NCBI RefSeq assembly: GCF_000219175.1
Contig: NC_015735.1
Span: 506,295 to 538,294 of the forward strand
Direction of reading: 5' to 3'
DNA from: Candidatus Moranella endobia PCIT
Lineage (GTDB): Bacteria; Pseudomonadota; Gammaproteobacteria; Enterobacterales; Enterobacteriaceae
Length of the DNA: 32,000 nucleotides
Positions 22,009 to 32,000 of this stretch are shown here, piece by piece. The translations under genes and the position numbers were made by a program. The stretch's first letter is position 1, and each line of letters begins with the position of its first letter. Below the pieces are notes generated by a model. That model did not search any database and was not told the origin of the DNA. It saw nothing but the letters and a program-made list of their open reading frames with translations.

Positions 22009-24106
22009 CTCTACGAGTTTCGATAATAGCCTGAGCAACGTTGTTAGGTGCTTCATTATACTTAAGAAACTCCATAGAGTAAGAAGCACGTCCCTGCGTC
22101 TGTGAACGCAGATCAGTAGCATAACCGAACATTTCCGATAAAGGTACCTGCGCATGGATGGTGTTACCGTGTGTGATGTTTTCCATTCCATCAATAATGC
22201 CACGCCGACGGTTCAAGTCACCAATTACGTCACCCATGTATTCTTCTGGTGTTTCCACTTCAACCTTCATGATTGGTTCCAGCAGAACTGGTTTTGCTTT
22301 CAAGAAGCCTTCTTTAAAAGCTATGGAACCGGCAATTTTGAACGCCATTTCCGAAGAGTCTACTTCGTGGTAAGAACCATCGAAGACGGTAACGCGGACG
22401 TTTACGATCGGATAACCAGCTAGCACACCGCTCTTAAGCTGTTCCTGAACGCCTTTATCAACCGCTGGAATGTATTCTTTCGGCACCACACCGCCGATAA
22501 TTTCGTTCATAAATTCATATAATTTACCACTCGGATCCATTGGTTCAAGACGGAGCCATACATGACCGAACTGCCCCCTACCACCAGATTGCCGAATAAA
22601 TTTACCTTCCTGTTCGACGGTGGCGCGTATCGTTTCGCGGTATGCAACCTGCGGTTTACCGACGTTGGCTGCCACATTGAATTCTCTACGCATACGGTCG
22701 ACTAGAATTTCCAGGTGTAGCTCACCCATACCTGCGATAATAGTCTGACCTGACTCTTCATCGATCCGCACTCGGAAAGAAGGATCTTCCTGCGCTAGAC
22801 GTCCTAGAGCCAAGCCCATTTTTTCTTGATCAGCCTTAGTTTTCGGTTCCACTGCTACGGAGATAACCGGTTCTGGAAAGTCCATGCGCTCAAGTATAAT
22901 AGGCGCCGACGGATCGCACAGGGTATCACCGGTCGTAACGTCTTTCAGTCCAATGGCTGCCGCTATATCACCAGCGCGCACTTCTTTGATTTCTTCCCGT
23001 TTATTGGCGTGCATCTGTACGATACGGCCGAAACGTTCGCGCTTATCCTTCACCGAGTTAAACACAGTATCACCGGAGTTAACTATGCCGGAGTAGACGC
23101 GGAAAAAGGTCAGGTTGCCGACGAAAGGATCGCTGGCGATTTTGAACGCCAGCGCTGAGAACGGCTCATCATCTTTGGAGTAACGCTCCGCATGGGTTTC
23201 ACCATCGTCAAGTACGCCGTTGATGGCTGCAATGTCGGTTGGTGACGGCAGATATTCTATGATCGCATCCAGCATCGCTTGCACGCCCTTGTTTTTGAAC
23301 GCAGAACCACAGGTAACGAGCATAATTTCGTTGTTCAAAACTCGCTGGCGCAGACCTTTCTTCAGCTCTTCTTCTGTCAGCTGTTCGCCGTTCAGGTATT
23401 TTGCCATAAGCTCTTCAGACGCTTCAACCGCTGATTCCACTAGGTACTGGTGCCATTTGTTAGACAGTTCATTCAAATCAGCAGGTATGTCTTCATAAGT
23501 GAAGGTGACGCCCTGGTCCGCTTCACTCCAGTTGATTGCTTTCATTTTAACTAGGTCTACGATGCCGGTGAATTTTTCTTCTGCACCAATAGCCAGTTGA
23601 ATCGGAACTGGGTTAGCGGCCAGACGGGTTCTCAGCTGTTCAACTACTCTAAGGTAATTGGCACCCATGCGGTCCATTTTATTAACGAAAGCAATACGCG
23701 GCACTTTATATTTGTTTGCCTGACGCCATACAGTTTCAGACTGCGGCTGAACGCCACCTACAGCACAATAAACCATGACAGTACCATCTAGTACGCGCAT
23801 GGAACGTTCTACTTCTATTGTGAAGTCAACGTGTCCTGGAGTATCGATGATATTGATGCGGTGCGAATCAAACTGTTTTGCCATGCCGGACCAGAAACAG
23901 GTGGTAGCTGCCGACGTGATAGTGATACCACGCTCCTGCTCCTGTGCCATCCAGTCCATGGTTGCTGCGCCATTATGAACTTCACCGATCTTGTGATTTA
24001 CACCAGTATAGAACAAAATACGTTCAGTAGTAGTGGTTTTACCTGCGTCGATGTGAGCACTGATACCGATATTACGATAGCGTGCAATGGGGGTCATACG
24101 AGCCAT
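21998..24106 (-). CDS. fusA: Elongation factor G
   Basis: [35 protein letters not shown]..., full length. The C-terminus reads [15 protein letters not shown], whose end overlaps the tuf-leader repeat. Confidence 0.98.
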   Translation of the reverse strand: MARMTPIARYRNIGISAHIDAGKTTTTERILFYTGVNHKIGEVHNGAATMDWMAQEQERGITITSAATTCFWSGMAKQFDSHRINIIDTPGHVDFTIEVERSMRVLDGTVMVYCAVGGVQPQSETVWRQANKYKVPRIAFVNKMDRMGANYLRVVEQLRTRLAANPVPIQLAIGAEEKFTGIVDLVKMKAINWSEADQGVTFTYEDIPADLNELSNKWHQYLVESAVEASEELMAKYLNGEQLTEEELKKGLRQRVLNNEIMLVTCGSAFKNKGVQAMLDAIIEYLPSPTDIAAINGVLDDGETHAERYSKDDEPFSALAFKIASDPFVGNLTFFRVYSGIVNSGDTVFNSVKDKRERFGRIVQMHANKREEIKEVRAGDIAAAIGLKDVTTGDTLCDPSAPIILERMDFPEPVISVAVEPKTKADQEKMGLALGRLAQEDPSFRVRIDEESGQTIIAGMGELHLEILVDRMRREFNVAANVGKPQVAYRETIRATVEQEGKFIRQSGGRGQFGHVWLRLEPMDPSGKLYEFMNEIIGGVVPKEYIPAVDKGVQEQLKSGVLAGYPIVNVRVTVFDGSYHEVDSSEMAFKIAGSIAFKEGFLKAKPVLLEPIMKVEVETPEEYMGDVIGDLNRRRGIIDGMENITHGNTIHAQVPLSEMFGYATDLRSQTQGRASYSMEFLKYNEAPNNVAQAIIETRRVVS

Positions 24107-24204
24107 GTGAATCCTCGATTTAGGTCGTTCATTCCGAATTAAACCGGCAGTAACAGTGTATTTTATTAGCGTATGCTTGGTGAGCAGCGACTAAGTTTGC
24201 CAGA

Positions 24205-24675
24205 TTACCAGCGGTAATGCGCAAACGCCTTGTTAGCATCTGCCATACGGTGAACTTCTTCACGTTTCTTAACCGCATTACCTTTGTTTTCTGTTGCATC
24301 GTAAAGTTCGTTCACTAAACGTAGAACCATAGATTGATCACTACGTTTACGAGCAGCTTCAATGATCCAACGCATGGCTAGGGCATTGCGCCGTACCGGA
24401 CGAACTTCTACTGGTACCTGATAAGTAGAACCACCGACACGTCTAGATTTTACTTCGACAGTAGGACGTACGTTGGCCAATGCAACTTCAAAAACTTCCA
24501 GATAGTCTTTACCAGAACGCTGAGCCAATTTATCCAGTGCAGTATAGACAATCGCTTCTGCGATAGATTTTTTGCCATCTACCATTAGTAGGTTAACAAA
24601 TTTGGCCAAAATTTCTGATCCACACTTTGGATCTGGCAAGATTTTACGTTGACCAATAATGCGACGACGTGGCAT
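24205..24675 (-). CDS. rpsG: 30S ribosomal protein S7
   Basis: [40 protein letters not shown]..., 156 aa. Confidence 0.98.
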   Translation of the reverse strand: MPRRRIIGQRKILPDPKCGSEILAKFVNLLMVDGKKSIAEAIVYTALDKLAQRSGKDYLEVFEVALANVRPTVEVKSRRVGGSTYQVPVEVRPVRRNALAMRWIIEAARKRSDQSMVLRLVNELYDATENKGNAVKKREEVHRMADANKAFAHYRW

Positions 24676-24764
24676 GGGAAGACTCCGTTGCTAATTCAGC
24701 ATTGTCCAACACTAGATGAATGATTTGAAAAAATGCAAAGTGAATAAAAATTTGGCGATACACA

Positions 24765-25139
<375 letters not shown>

Positions 25140-25397
25140 TCAATAAAGCTCCTGGATTTTGATTCTTACAATATTACATAACTAATAATCCGCAAGCAGC
25201 TGCTATGTGCGCAACAAGTGTAATCCGTGGTTCAATAACACGTCGTAACTGTTTAGCGTTTGTTTTGGGAAGATCATCTTCTGAATAAGTTAATGACGCA
25301 CCAAATTCGCGGAATGGTAATGGTATTATGATAACGCAAGATTCTATGGCTGAAGAGTAACAGTGTCAAGAACAAGAAATAGACAATTTACATTGTC

Positions 25398-25685
25398 TTA
25401 CCATGATATCTGTTGCAACTGTTTTTCAGTTAAACCGACGAATTCATTATAACTGATAATTGTGATATTAGCGGAAAAATAAACAGATATCCCACGCGCG
25501 ACTATATCATTTTTCAGTGCGTACAGCGTCAGAGGCGAGTCACTCAGTGCGCCAGCCGCCGGCGAGCCGCGCAGACCAGCGATCACACCATCGGAAAAAA
25601 GCAGTAGATCATCGCCGGTCTGCGCGCTCCGCAATAGCGCTGCTAGATCGCAAGCATAGGGAGAACGGCTAAGAGTATATAGCAT
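25398..25685 (-). CDS. tusB: Sulfurtransferase complex subunit TusB
   Basis: MLYTLSRSPYACDLAALLRSAQTGDDLLLFSDGVIAG...LYALKNDIVARG...LQQISW; located next to rpsL in the order rpsL-tusB-tusC-tusD. Confidence 0.88.
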   Translation of the reverse strand: MLYTLSRSPYACDLAALLRSAQTGDDLLLFSDGVIAGLRGSPAAGALSDSPLTLYALKNDIVARGISVYFSANITIISYNEFVGLTEKQLQQISW

Positions 25686-25709
25686 TATCGTAATCGTATC
25701 CGTTCGTTG

Positions 25710-26069
25710 TTAAAACGTCAATATAGTGTTATAGGCGGTTAGCTGCTGGCGCCAGTCAGCAGCCGATAGCCATTGGACATGTAACACATAGCCGGAACTT
25801 GCATCCAGACCGCGTTCCCATGCCGAGTCAGCGCATAGATATAGCCGATCAACATCATACAGAGCTAATAGACTAAAAGTAGCGACAAAGTTCCGTGCCA
25901 AAATTTTGGCTGGCTGCTGCTGCGACAATAACAACAATACGCCATCGGCGATAAAAAATATGCCAATATTCTTGGCAAGTGAAGAAATAGCCAATATTGC
26001 GTCAAGACCCTCTCTTCCAGAGGTATCGCCGTGTGGTCCGTGCGTGAACACAAAAGCGATGTTTTTCAT
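25710..26069 (-). CDS. tusC: Sulfurtransferase complex subunit TusC
   Basis: MKNIAFVFTHGPHGDTSGREGLDAILAISSL...IGIFFIADGVLLLL. The start at 26069 is preferred over 26111. Confidence 0.9.
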   Translation of the reverse strand: MKNIAFVFTHGPHGDTSGREGLDAILAISSLAKNIGIFFIADGVLLLLSQQQPAKILARNFVATFSLLALYDVDRLYLCADSAWERGLDASSGYVLHVQWLSAADWRQQLTAYNTILTF

Positions 26070-26080
26070 ATCTTCCGGCC

Positions 26081-26497
26081 TTAAAACTGAACAAAACGAT
26101 CGCAGCCGCACGCAGCCTGTGCCAGAGTACCAAGGCCACTCATTTTGAAACCAGGCTGAATATTATCACCGTTTAGTTTAAGTAAAGCCGCTTGAACGGC
26201 ATCGGTGATGCCGCGGCGCAGAGCAGCTGCGACGCAAACATGCAGCTCAACCATATGCTGCTGCGCTAGATCATTCCAGGCGCGCACCAGATCTACCTCA
26301 TCACTGGCGGGCGCGCTCAGTCGATTAGCATTAGTTACGCCTTCTTGATAAAAAAACACTGTACCAAGATGGTGGCCGCAAGCCAGCAGAGCCCAGGCGA
26401 ACTGCAGTGCGCTACTGGCGCGCTGATTGCCATAGGCCGGGCCGGTTACCATCAAACAGTAATCAAGAAATAACTTGTTTCTATCCATCCCAAACAC
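26081..26497 (-). CDS. tusD: Sulfurtransferase complex subunit TusD (start codon uncertain)
   Basis: [42 protein letters not shown]...[10 protein letters not shown]...[13 protein letters not shown]...CDRFVQF. The conserved cysteine context is retained. Confidence 0.92.
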   Translation of the reverse strand: MFGMDRNKLFLDYCLMVTGPAYGNQRASSALQFAWALLACGHHLGTVFFYQEGVTNANRLSAPASDEVDLVRAWNDLAQQHMVELHVCVAAALRRGITDAVQAALLKLNGDNIQPGFKMSGLGTLAQAACGCDRFVQF

Positions 26498-26889
26498 ACA
26501 ACATCACCGTTATTGATAACGGCTTTAATATAAAGATAAACCATCACTTGTTCATTATCTGGTTAGTAATCACCAGATCTAAATCAATAGCAAAGCACTG
26601 TTTTTTGCCCGAGTATAGTGATTGTGGTAAAATAAACGCTACCATCATCACGACACTTGATGGATGCGCAGATTAGCAAAAAGACCAGCAATTGAGAACA
26701 TTGCCACGGTTATTCAATTATCAAGCCACTCACAAATATGTTTGGTACCCTTTTTAAGGTTGGGATATTCGATTACATGATTAGCGATCGTACCCATGTC
26801 GGAGCTTTCGCTTTTATAAGACATAATACCAGTAGACATATTATTTGTTCAATAATAGGACATGCTTATGCTGATTGTATAGATCATTA

Positions 26890-28374
26890 TTATTTTCTGT
26901 TGATACTACGGTAATATATAGCCTGATTCTTGTTTGGTAACCAAAATAAATGCAATTGCGCTTCAGATGCCTGCTTCGTTCCTTCCCAGGTCACAAATAT
27001 TCCAAGCGCAGCGATTAGTTGGTCATTATAAAACAGCAGTGGCGTGTGGCCCCGTAGCCACGGCGGAATTTCTAGTTCCTGCCAAATTTTTTTCAATGTT
27101 CGACCATGGCGCCGTCCAGTGATATGCAGCAGTCCGCGCACCGGGCCAAATCTTATTGATACTAATTCGTCGCACATCGGGGCGCGGACGACAGATTTGA
27201 TGGCTACTATAGTGTCAGCACTAGCTATGCCGTCGGACAAGCGTTCCCCTTGCAGGGGACTGTCGCTATCAACCGTTTGTCGAAAAATTATTCCCATATC
27301 AGTAGGTAACTGAAGTTGATCGTATCCCGGTGGCCAGGGCAATATCGTCACGCCATCAGCAAGCTTCGCCAACTTTGGCAACACAGAAGGTAGCACATAA
27401 AGACGATCGCGAAAGCGGCGCACCTGGCAGTCATCGATCTGCATTTTCGCAACTGCATCGCGGCGGCTGAGTGCAACCTCTTGCCACAGACGCGCTAATT
27501 GCAGGCGTGAGGGCATTCGGACACTAAGGTTGGCCAACCAGCGGCGTAAGAGGGCAGCACGCCTAAGATTACTCATCACCATTAGTGGCGTTAAGCGTAG
27601 CGACCCGTCCGGTGACATAAGATCGTCCAGCGTTTCAGCTAACAGTTCATCTAATAGTCTTTCCTGCCCGGCACAAAGCTGTGCGCTGCGCGCTGAGGCA
27701 GAGGCAAAGTGTGGCCAGCGCTGCCGCAAAAGCGGTAGGATCTGTAAGCGCAAAAAATTGCGGTCGAACCGCATATTTGTATTACTTTCGTCCTCAATCC
27801 AGCTTAGCTCGCGTGCACAAGCGTATGCTTCCAGCTCAGCCCGGCTACAATCAAGCAAGGGTCGCACCAGGCGATGATCGTGAAATGGCATATCAGCCGT
27901 CATACTAGCCAGCCCGGCCGGGCCGCTACCACGTTTCAACGCCAACAGTAGCGTTTCCACCTGATCGTCCTGATGGTGAGCAGTCAGCAAACATTCATCT
28001 GCCGCCAGCGTAGCCGCCAGCGCCCGATAACGCGCGCCGCGGGCTGCTGCTTCAAGGCCATCTTGTGTCGAGTCGATAACCACACGCACAATGTTAAACT
28101 TAACTTTACGCCGGTGGCATTCGTACGCACAATGCTTTACCCAACGATCAGCATCGCGATTTAATCCATGATTGATATGAACAGCCCGTAGTATCTTGGA
28201 GCAGGCGCTACCCATAGCCTCATCGCCATCTCGCAGAGCGGTTATAATATCTAGCAAAACCATGGAATCTAGCCCACCGCTGAACGCTAACAACACTGCA
28301 CGGTAAGGAGCAATGTAAACGGCGACACGGCGGTGTAATGCTTGCAATTGCCTACAGTCGTCAGTATGTATCAT
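26890..28374 (-). CDS. tilS: tRNA(Ile)-lysidine synthetase
   Basis: PP-loop LLAFSGGLDSMVLLD, HINHGLNRDADRWV, and LTAHHQDDQVETLLLALKRGSG, with a TilS-like C-terminal region. Confidence 0.93.
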   Translation of the reverse strand: MIHTDDCRQLQALHRRVAVYIAPYRAVLLAFSGGLDSMVLLDIITALRDGDEAMGSACSKILRAVHINHGLNRDADRWVKHCAYECHRRKVKFNIVRVVIDSTQDGLEAAARGARYRALAATLAADECLLTAHHQDDQVETLLLALKRGSGPAGLASMTADMPFHDHRLVRPLLDCSRAELEAYACARELSWIEDESNTNMRFDRNFLRLQILPLLRQRWPHFASASARSAQLCAGQERLLDELLAETLDDLMSPDGSLRLTPLMVMSNLRRAALLRRWLANLSVRMPSRLQLARLWQEVALSRRDAVAKMQIDDCQVRRFRDRLYVLPSVLPKLAKLADGVTILPWPPGYDQLQLPTDMGIIFRQTVDSDSPLQGERLSDGIASADTIVAIKSVVRAPMCDELVSIRFGPVRGLLHITGRRHGRTLKKIWQELEIPPWLRGHTPLLFYNDQLIAALGIFVTWEGTKQASEAQLHLFWLPNKNQAIYYRSINRK

Positions 28375-28550
28375 ACATCTCCAGCATCTCCCGCGGTAAC
28401 CGCTAGCTCTAATCAGTAAATTTTTGGTACAATGAACTTAAGCAGCACCACACCGAATCGCTGGCCTCAAATAATATTTATGTTTAGATGCGATAAGATG
28501 CTAACATACGTGATCGGCACCTAGCTTTACAATGTAGGCACATGGGCTAA

Positions 28551-30923
28551 TTAGTGACAGAATAGACTTATTATATCAAATATTTCCCTAATCAAGTTTG
28601 CCACGCAGTTGTTGTTTCTCTTCTCATCCTGCGGCTTGGTGAGCTTACTCTTATTAAGCTGCTGTATCTGTACCTGATGCTTGGTTGACTGGCATAGCGA
28701 CTGAGGATCATCCGTCCATACTGGCAATGTCCGCATCGTGCTACCACCGTCACAGACAAAATTACCAGCATAATCAATAGACATCTGGCTAATGCCCTCC
28801 GGCGGTGTTAAGTTCATCGCCAACGGTGCTTTTTTTTCCAGATAACGCCGATATAACGCTAGTGCACCATTGGCCCCGGTTAACTTGGTAGAACCGTTAT
28901 TATCGCGACCAACCCAAGCAATATACACGTCTTGACCGTCAATACCGGCGAACCAGCTATCACGCAGATCATTAGTAGTCCCAGTTTTAGCAGCTAAATG
29001 CGAAGAAGGGAATTGCAACGACAGTGAACTTGATGTGCCATTCGCTACCACCTGTTGCATAGCATATAGCGTCAGGTAAGCAGCTTGGGCTGATACAGCT
29101 CTCTCTGACTGGGGGAAGCTTTGATACAGTACGGTGCCATCTTCCCCGATCACCGCTCGTACCGTTGACAACTTGGCATGTTTTCCACCACTGGCTATCG
29201 TCTGGAACTCCTGTGCTACTTCCATTGGCGTTAGACTGATGGCACCAAGCAACATTGATGGAACTGGATGAATCACAGATGATGGTATTCCTAGCTTTAG
29301 CAAAGTTGTGGTAATACGATCAAGCCCTACCGATAAGCCTAAATTGACCGTTGGCACGTTGAGCGATTTGGCAAACGCATCTACCAGCATCACCTTACTG
29401 CGGAACTGCCGATCATAGTTTTTTGGTGTCCACAAGCTGCCGTTTGGCTGCTTAATGGTCATTGTCTCATCAGCAATCCAGGTATTGAGCCGATATTTAT
29501 CAGGCTCGCTCAGAGCAGTTAGATAGGTAGCTGGTTTGGCAAGAGATCCAACCGAGCGCCGCGCCAGGATAGCTCTGTTAAATCCGGCGAATTGTGGCTC
29601 AGCACCGCCAACCATGGCTCGCACTTCACCACTAAAGCGATCAACCACTACTATTGCGGCTTCTAAATCCTTCACGCCTTGTACGGCGCGAAGCGCTGGC
29701 ACGCCCTCCTTGACAGATTTTTCGGCTGCATACTGCGACCGCGGATCCAAGGTGGTGAAAATCTTGACTCCAGACAGGTCGTTAATTTTTGCGTCTAGCT
29801 GGCTTTGCAGCTCTTCGCGCACCTTCTGCATGAAGGCAGGTTGTGGCGTCAATGCCACCCCACGTGGCTCTACCCCAAGTGGGCGGTTGCTAAGCACGTT
29901 ATAAAGATTGCTGTCGATAATTTTCTGATGTTCCAATACTTTCAGTACTAGATTACGGCGTGCCAGCGCACGCTGAGGGTTAGACCAGGGATTATATAGC
30001 GATGCCCCTTTCACCATTCCTACTAGCAGCGCTTGCTGATCGATACTCAGTTCCTCTAATGGACGACCGAAATAATACAAGCTAGCTAGCGGGAAACCCC
30101 GAATTTGAGCACGGCCACTATGGCCGAGATAAACTTCGTTTAGATATAGCTCTAAAATTTTATCTTTGCTGCAATGATAATCGACGATCAACGCCAGATA
30201 GGCTTCATTGGCCTTGCGCCATAACGAACGTTTATTGGTTAAAAATAGGTTTTTCACCAGCTGCTGCGTTAGCGTACTTCCTCCTTGTACTGTACGTCCA
30301 GCAGTAATATTGGCCATAAATGCGCGGCAGATAGATGAAAGGCGGATACCGTCATGTTTGTAAAAATGTCGATCTTCGGTGGCTATTAGGGTATTAACGA
30401 GCAAGTCTGGGAAACCGGCGCGCGGTACGAATAACCGCTGTTCACCTTTCGGTGATTGCAACATGGTCATCAGCCGCGGATCTAAACGGCAAAAGCCGAA
30501 ATTGCGCTTGGTATCTTGGTTTTTAATCGCCAATAGTTGATTCTTAGAAAACGTCATACGGGCGTGAATATGCCCCTCTTGGCCATCAGGGAAAGCGAAC
30601 GGCCGTCGCAATAGATCGATGCTGTTATTGCGAACAGTGAATTCACCCGGCCGAGTAATGTGTAAGACTTGACGGTATTGCATGCCCTCGAGCAGCGTTG
30701 CCATTTCGCTGCAACTGTATGGCATACCAGGCTCTAGACTAACCATGCGACCATAGACCGCTGCCGGCAGTTGCCATACTTTGCCATTGATGCGCTTGCA
30801 TATCTGCGCATCCCAATAAATGCCATAAATAACGATGACCAACAAAACGATGCATATAAACAATCTCCGCATCTTACACAACTTGCCCACCCTTAACCTC
30901 ACCCAACTTAGCTGCGGCATCAA
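28551..30923 (-). CDS. mrcB: Penicillin-binding protein 1B (bifunctional transglycosylase/transpeptidase)
   Basis: [20 protein letters not shown], transglycosylase motifs [10 protein letters not shown] and [15 protein letters not shown], transpeptidase SLAK ([14 protein letters not shown]) and KTGTT. N-terminal cytoplasmic region is short. Confidence 0.95.
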   Translation of the reverse strand: MMPQLSWVRLRVGKLCKMRRLFICIVLLVIVIYGIYWDAQICKRINGKVWQLPAAVYGRMVSLEPGMPYSCSEMATLLEGMQYRQVLHITRPGEFTVRNNSIDLLRRPFAFPDGQEGHIHARMTFSKNQLLAIKNQDTKRNFGFCRLDPRLMTMLQSPKGEQRLFVPRAGFPDLLVNTLIATEDRHFYKHDGIRLSSICRAFMANITAGRTVQGGSTLTQQLVKNLFLTNKRSLWRKANEAYLALIVDYHCSKDKILELYLNEVYLGHSGRAQIRGFPLASLYYFGRPLEELSIDQQALLVGMVKGASLYNPWSNPQRALARRNLVLKVLEHQKIIDSNLYNVLSNRPLGVEPRGVALTPQPAFMQKVREELQSQLDAKINDLSGVKIFTTLDPRSQYAAEKSVKEGVPALRAVQGVKDLEAAIVVVDRFSGEVRAMVGGAEPQFAGFNRAILARRSVGSLAKPATYLTALSEPDKYRLNTWIADETMTIKQPNGSLWTPKNYDRQFRSKVMLVDAFAKSLNVPTVNLGLSVGLDRITTTLLKLGIPSSVIHPVPSMLLGAISLTPMEVAQEFQTIASGGKHAKLSTVRAVIGEDGTVLYQSFPQSERAVSAQAAYLTLYAMQQVVANGTSSSLSLQFPSSHLAAKTGTTNDLRDSWFAGIDGQDVYIAWVGRDNNGSTKLTGANGALALYRRYLEKKAPLAMNLTPPEGISQMSIDYAGNFVCDGGSTMRTLPVWTDDPQSLCQSTKHQVQIQQLNKSKLTKPQDEKRNNNCVANLIREIFDIISLFCH

Positions 30924-32000
30924 GTATACCTATGCACTGATCAAGGCGGTCATCTCAATATTATGCCAGCAGCACACGAGCTAGCACAACAAGAATGAAG
31001 CTAAATTGAATTGATAATTCAATATATGAAGTGCAATATAGGGCGCACCTATATCCGCTGCCGCCTTGATCTGCTGCTTATCGGCCTCGATAAACATCGA
31101 ACTCTTAATTCCAGCATTACTCAGTCGAACCACGGCTTGACGTAGTTTATTACGCTGCAATAACTACTTATTTAGTTGGCATTACGGTTGACTATTATAT
31201 TTTAGAAAAAGTACTGTTATCTAAGTGTTTAATTTAGCAAAGAACAAAAGCCATAAGCCATTTACTTGTTACTGACATTGTCAATTATCACCTATTTTTA
31301 CGCATGGCCATAGCTGCTCGGTGCATTTACGAACTGCAACAAGTACTATCTTCTATGTGCAGCCCATAGTTTGGGTTTATGGGCGACCTTATAATTTCCT
31401 AGTGGACCTAGATATTTTGCAATCTCTTAAACCTGTGACGGGCAGATGTGATTTTATCATTACCTTGAGCTGTACCACACTAATCCACCTTAGTTATTGG
31501 TTATGTACGGCATAAAGTTATCCAAAAAAAAACCAATCTGGGATGGACGGATCAGATCAAGTAATGTTTGCTCCAACGTGATGTCGATAGGTATATTATT
31601 TACATACAGTTAGTGCGCCAATAGCGGATAAAAAAGTCACGTTTATGTGTATGAAACGCCAACACGTCAGCATAAACTACAGCTGTTGGCAACCAATGTG
31701 AGCTAAACGCTGCAGCGATAAGTAATTAATTACTTTTCAGTGAATTGATTGCGCCTGATGTTAATGTCCTTGACACTATCGAACATTGCGAGTTGGTGTG
31801 TTTGTGTTGATTAATTTGCCAACTACTTCTATCCACCCTATATTTTGCTACGCGACTTGGGATGCTCAGTGAGAAGGCGATCTATTTAGTTATGATAATG
31901 CTGCCAGGTTATTAACATTTATTATTGTGCCGCTAGGATTTCCTATATCATCGATGAAAAGCCTTTCTTAGAGGACTATTTAAAATAAAACTACATTCAG

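Noticed and set aside
22158-22373. Several plus-strand ORFs opposite fusA (22154-24142)
   Set aside because: All lie antisense to intact fusA and read as low-complexity shadow translations.
26407-26676. 89-aa plus-strand ORF overlapping the tusD start
   Set aside because: Partly antisense to tusD and otherwise AT-rich, with no protein-family resemblance.
31321-31515. 64-aa plus-strand ORF in the long terminal gap
   Set aside because: Short, with no recognisable motif; insufficient support as a gene.
30924-32000. Possible RNase P RNA, tmRNA or 4.5S RNA in the long gap
   Set aside because: Characteristic conserved cores were looked for by eye and not found.

Overview
This window reads as an ordinary housekeeping region from a reduced gammaproteobacterial genome of insect-endosymbiont type. 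The lineage is inferred from gene content and order; I could not search a database. It holds short blocks in enterobacterial gene order, separated by deletions and rearrangement junctions. The blocks are: (1) secE (partial), tufB, then tRNA-Thr(GGT), tRNA-Gly(TCC), tRNA-Tyr(GTA) and tRNA-Thr(TGT), all on the minus strand; (2) lptG/lptF (minus), holC and valS (plus), and an argF/argI-type ornithine carbamoyltransferase gene (plus); (3) nrdB/nrdA (minus) and gyrA (plus); (4) trxB, cydD, cydC and infA (plus); (5) fusA, rpsG, rpsL, tusB, tusC and tusD (minus); (6) tilS and mrcB (minus). The strongest non-routine signal is a relic at about 21770-22008, between infA and fusA. It is a mosaic of near-identical fragments of tufB (5' end) and secE (N-terminal part), both of which are intact at 1-1701. 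It looks like the decayed tufA locus after a duplication or gene conversion that carried tufB and part of secE behind fusA. It explains the unusual fusA C-terminus and marks a rearrangement junction with infA. Other points worth checking are Met at GyrA position 83, a GyrA C-terminus without an extended acidic tail, an Arg-to-His change in an RpsL loop, and a noncoding stretch of about 1 kb after 30924. I found no CRISPR array, IS element, phage gene, toxin-antitoxin module or novel defence-like system.
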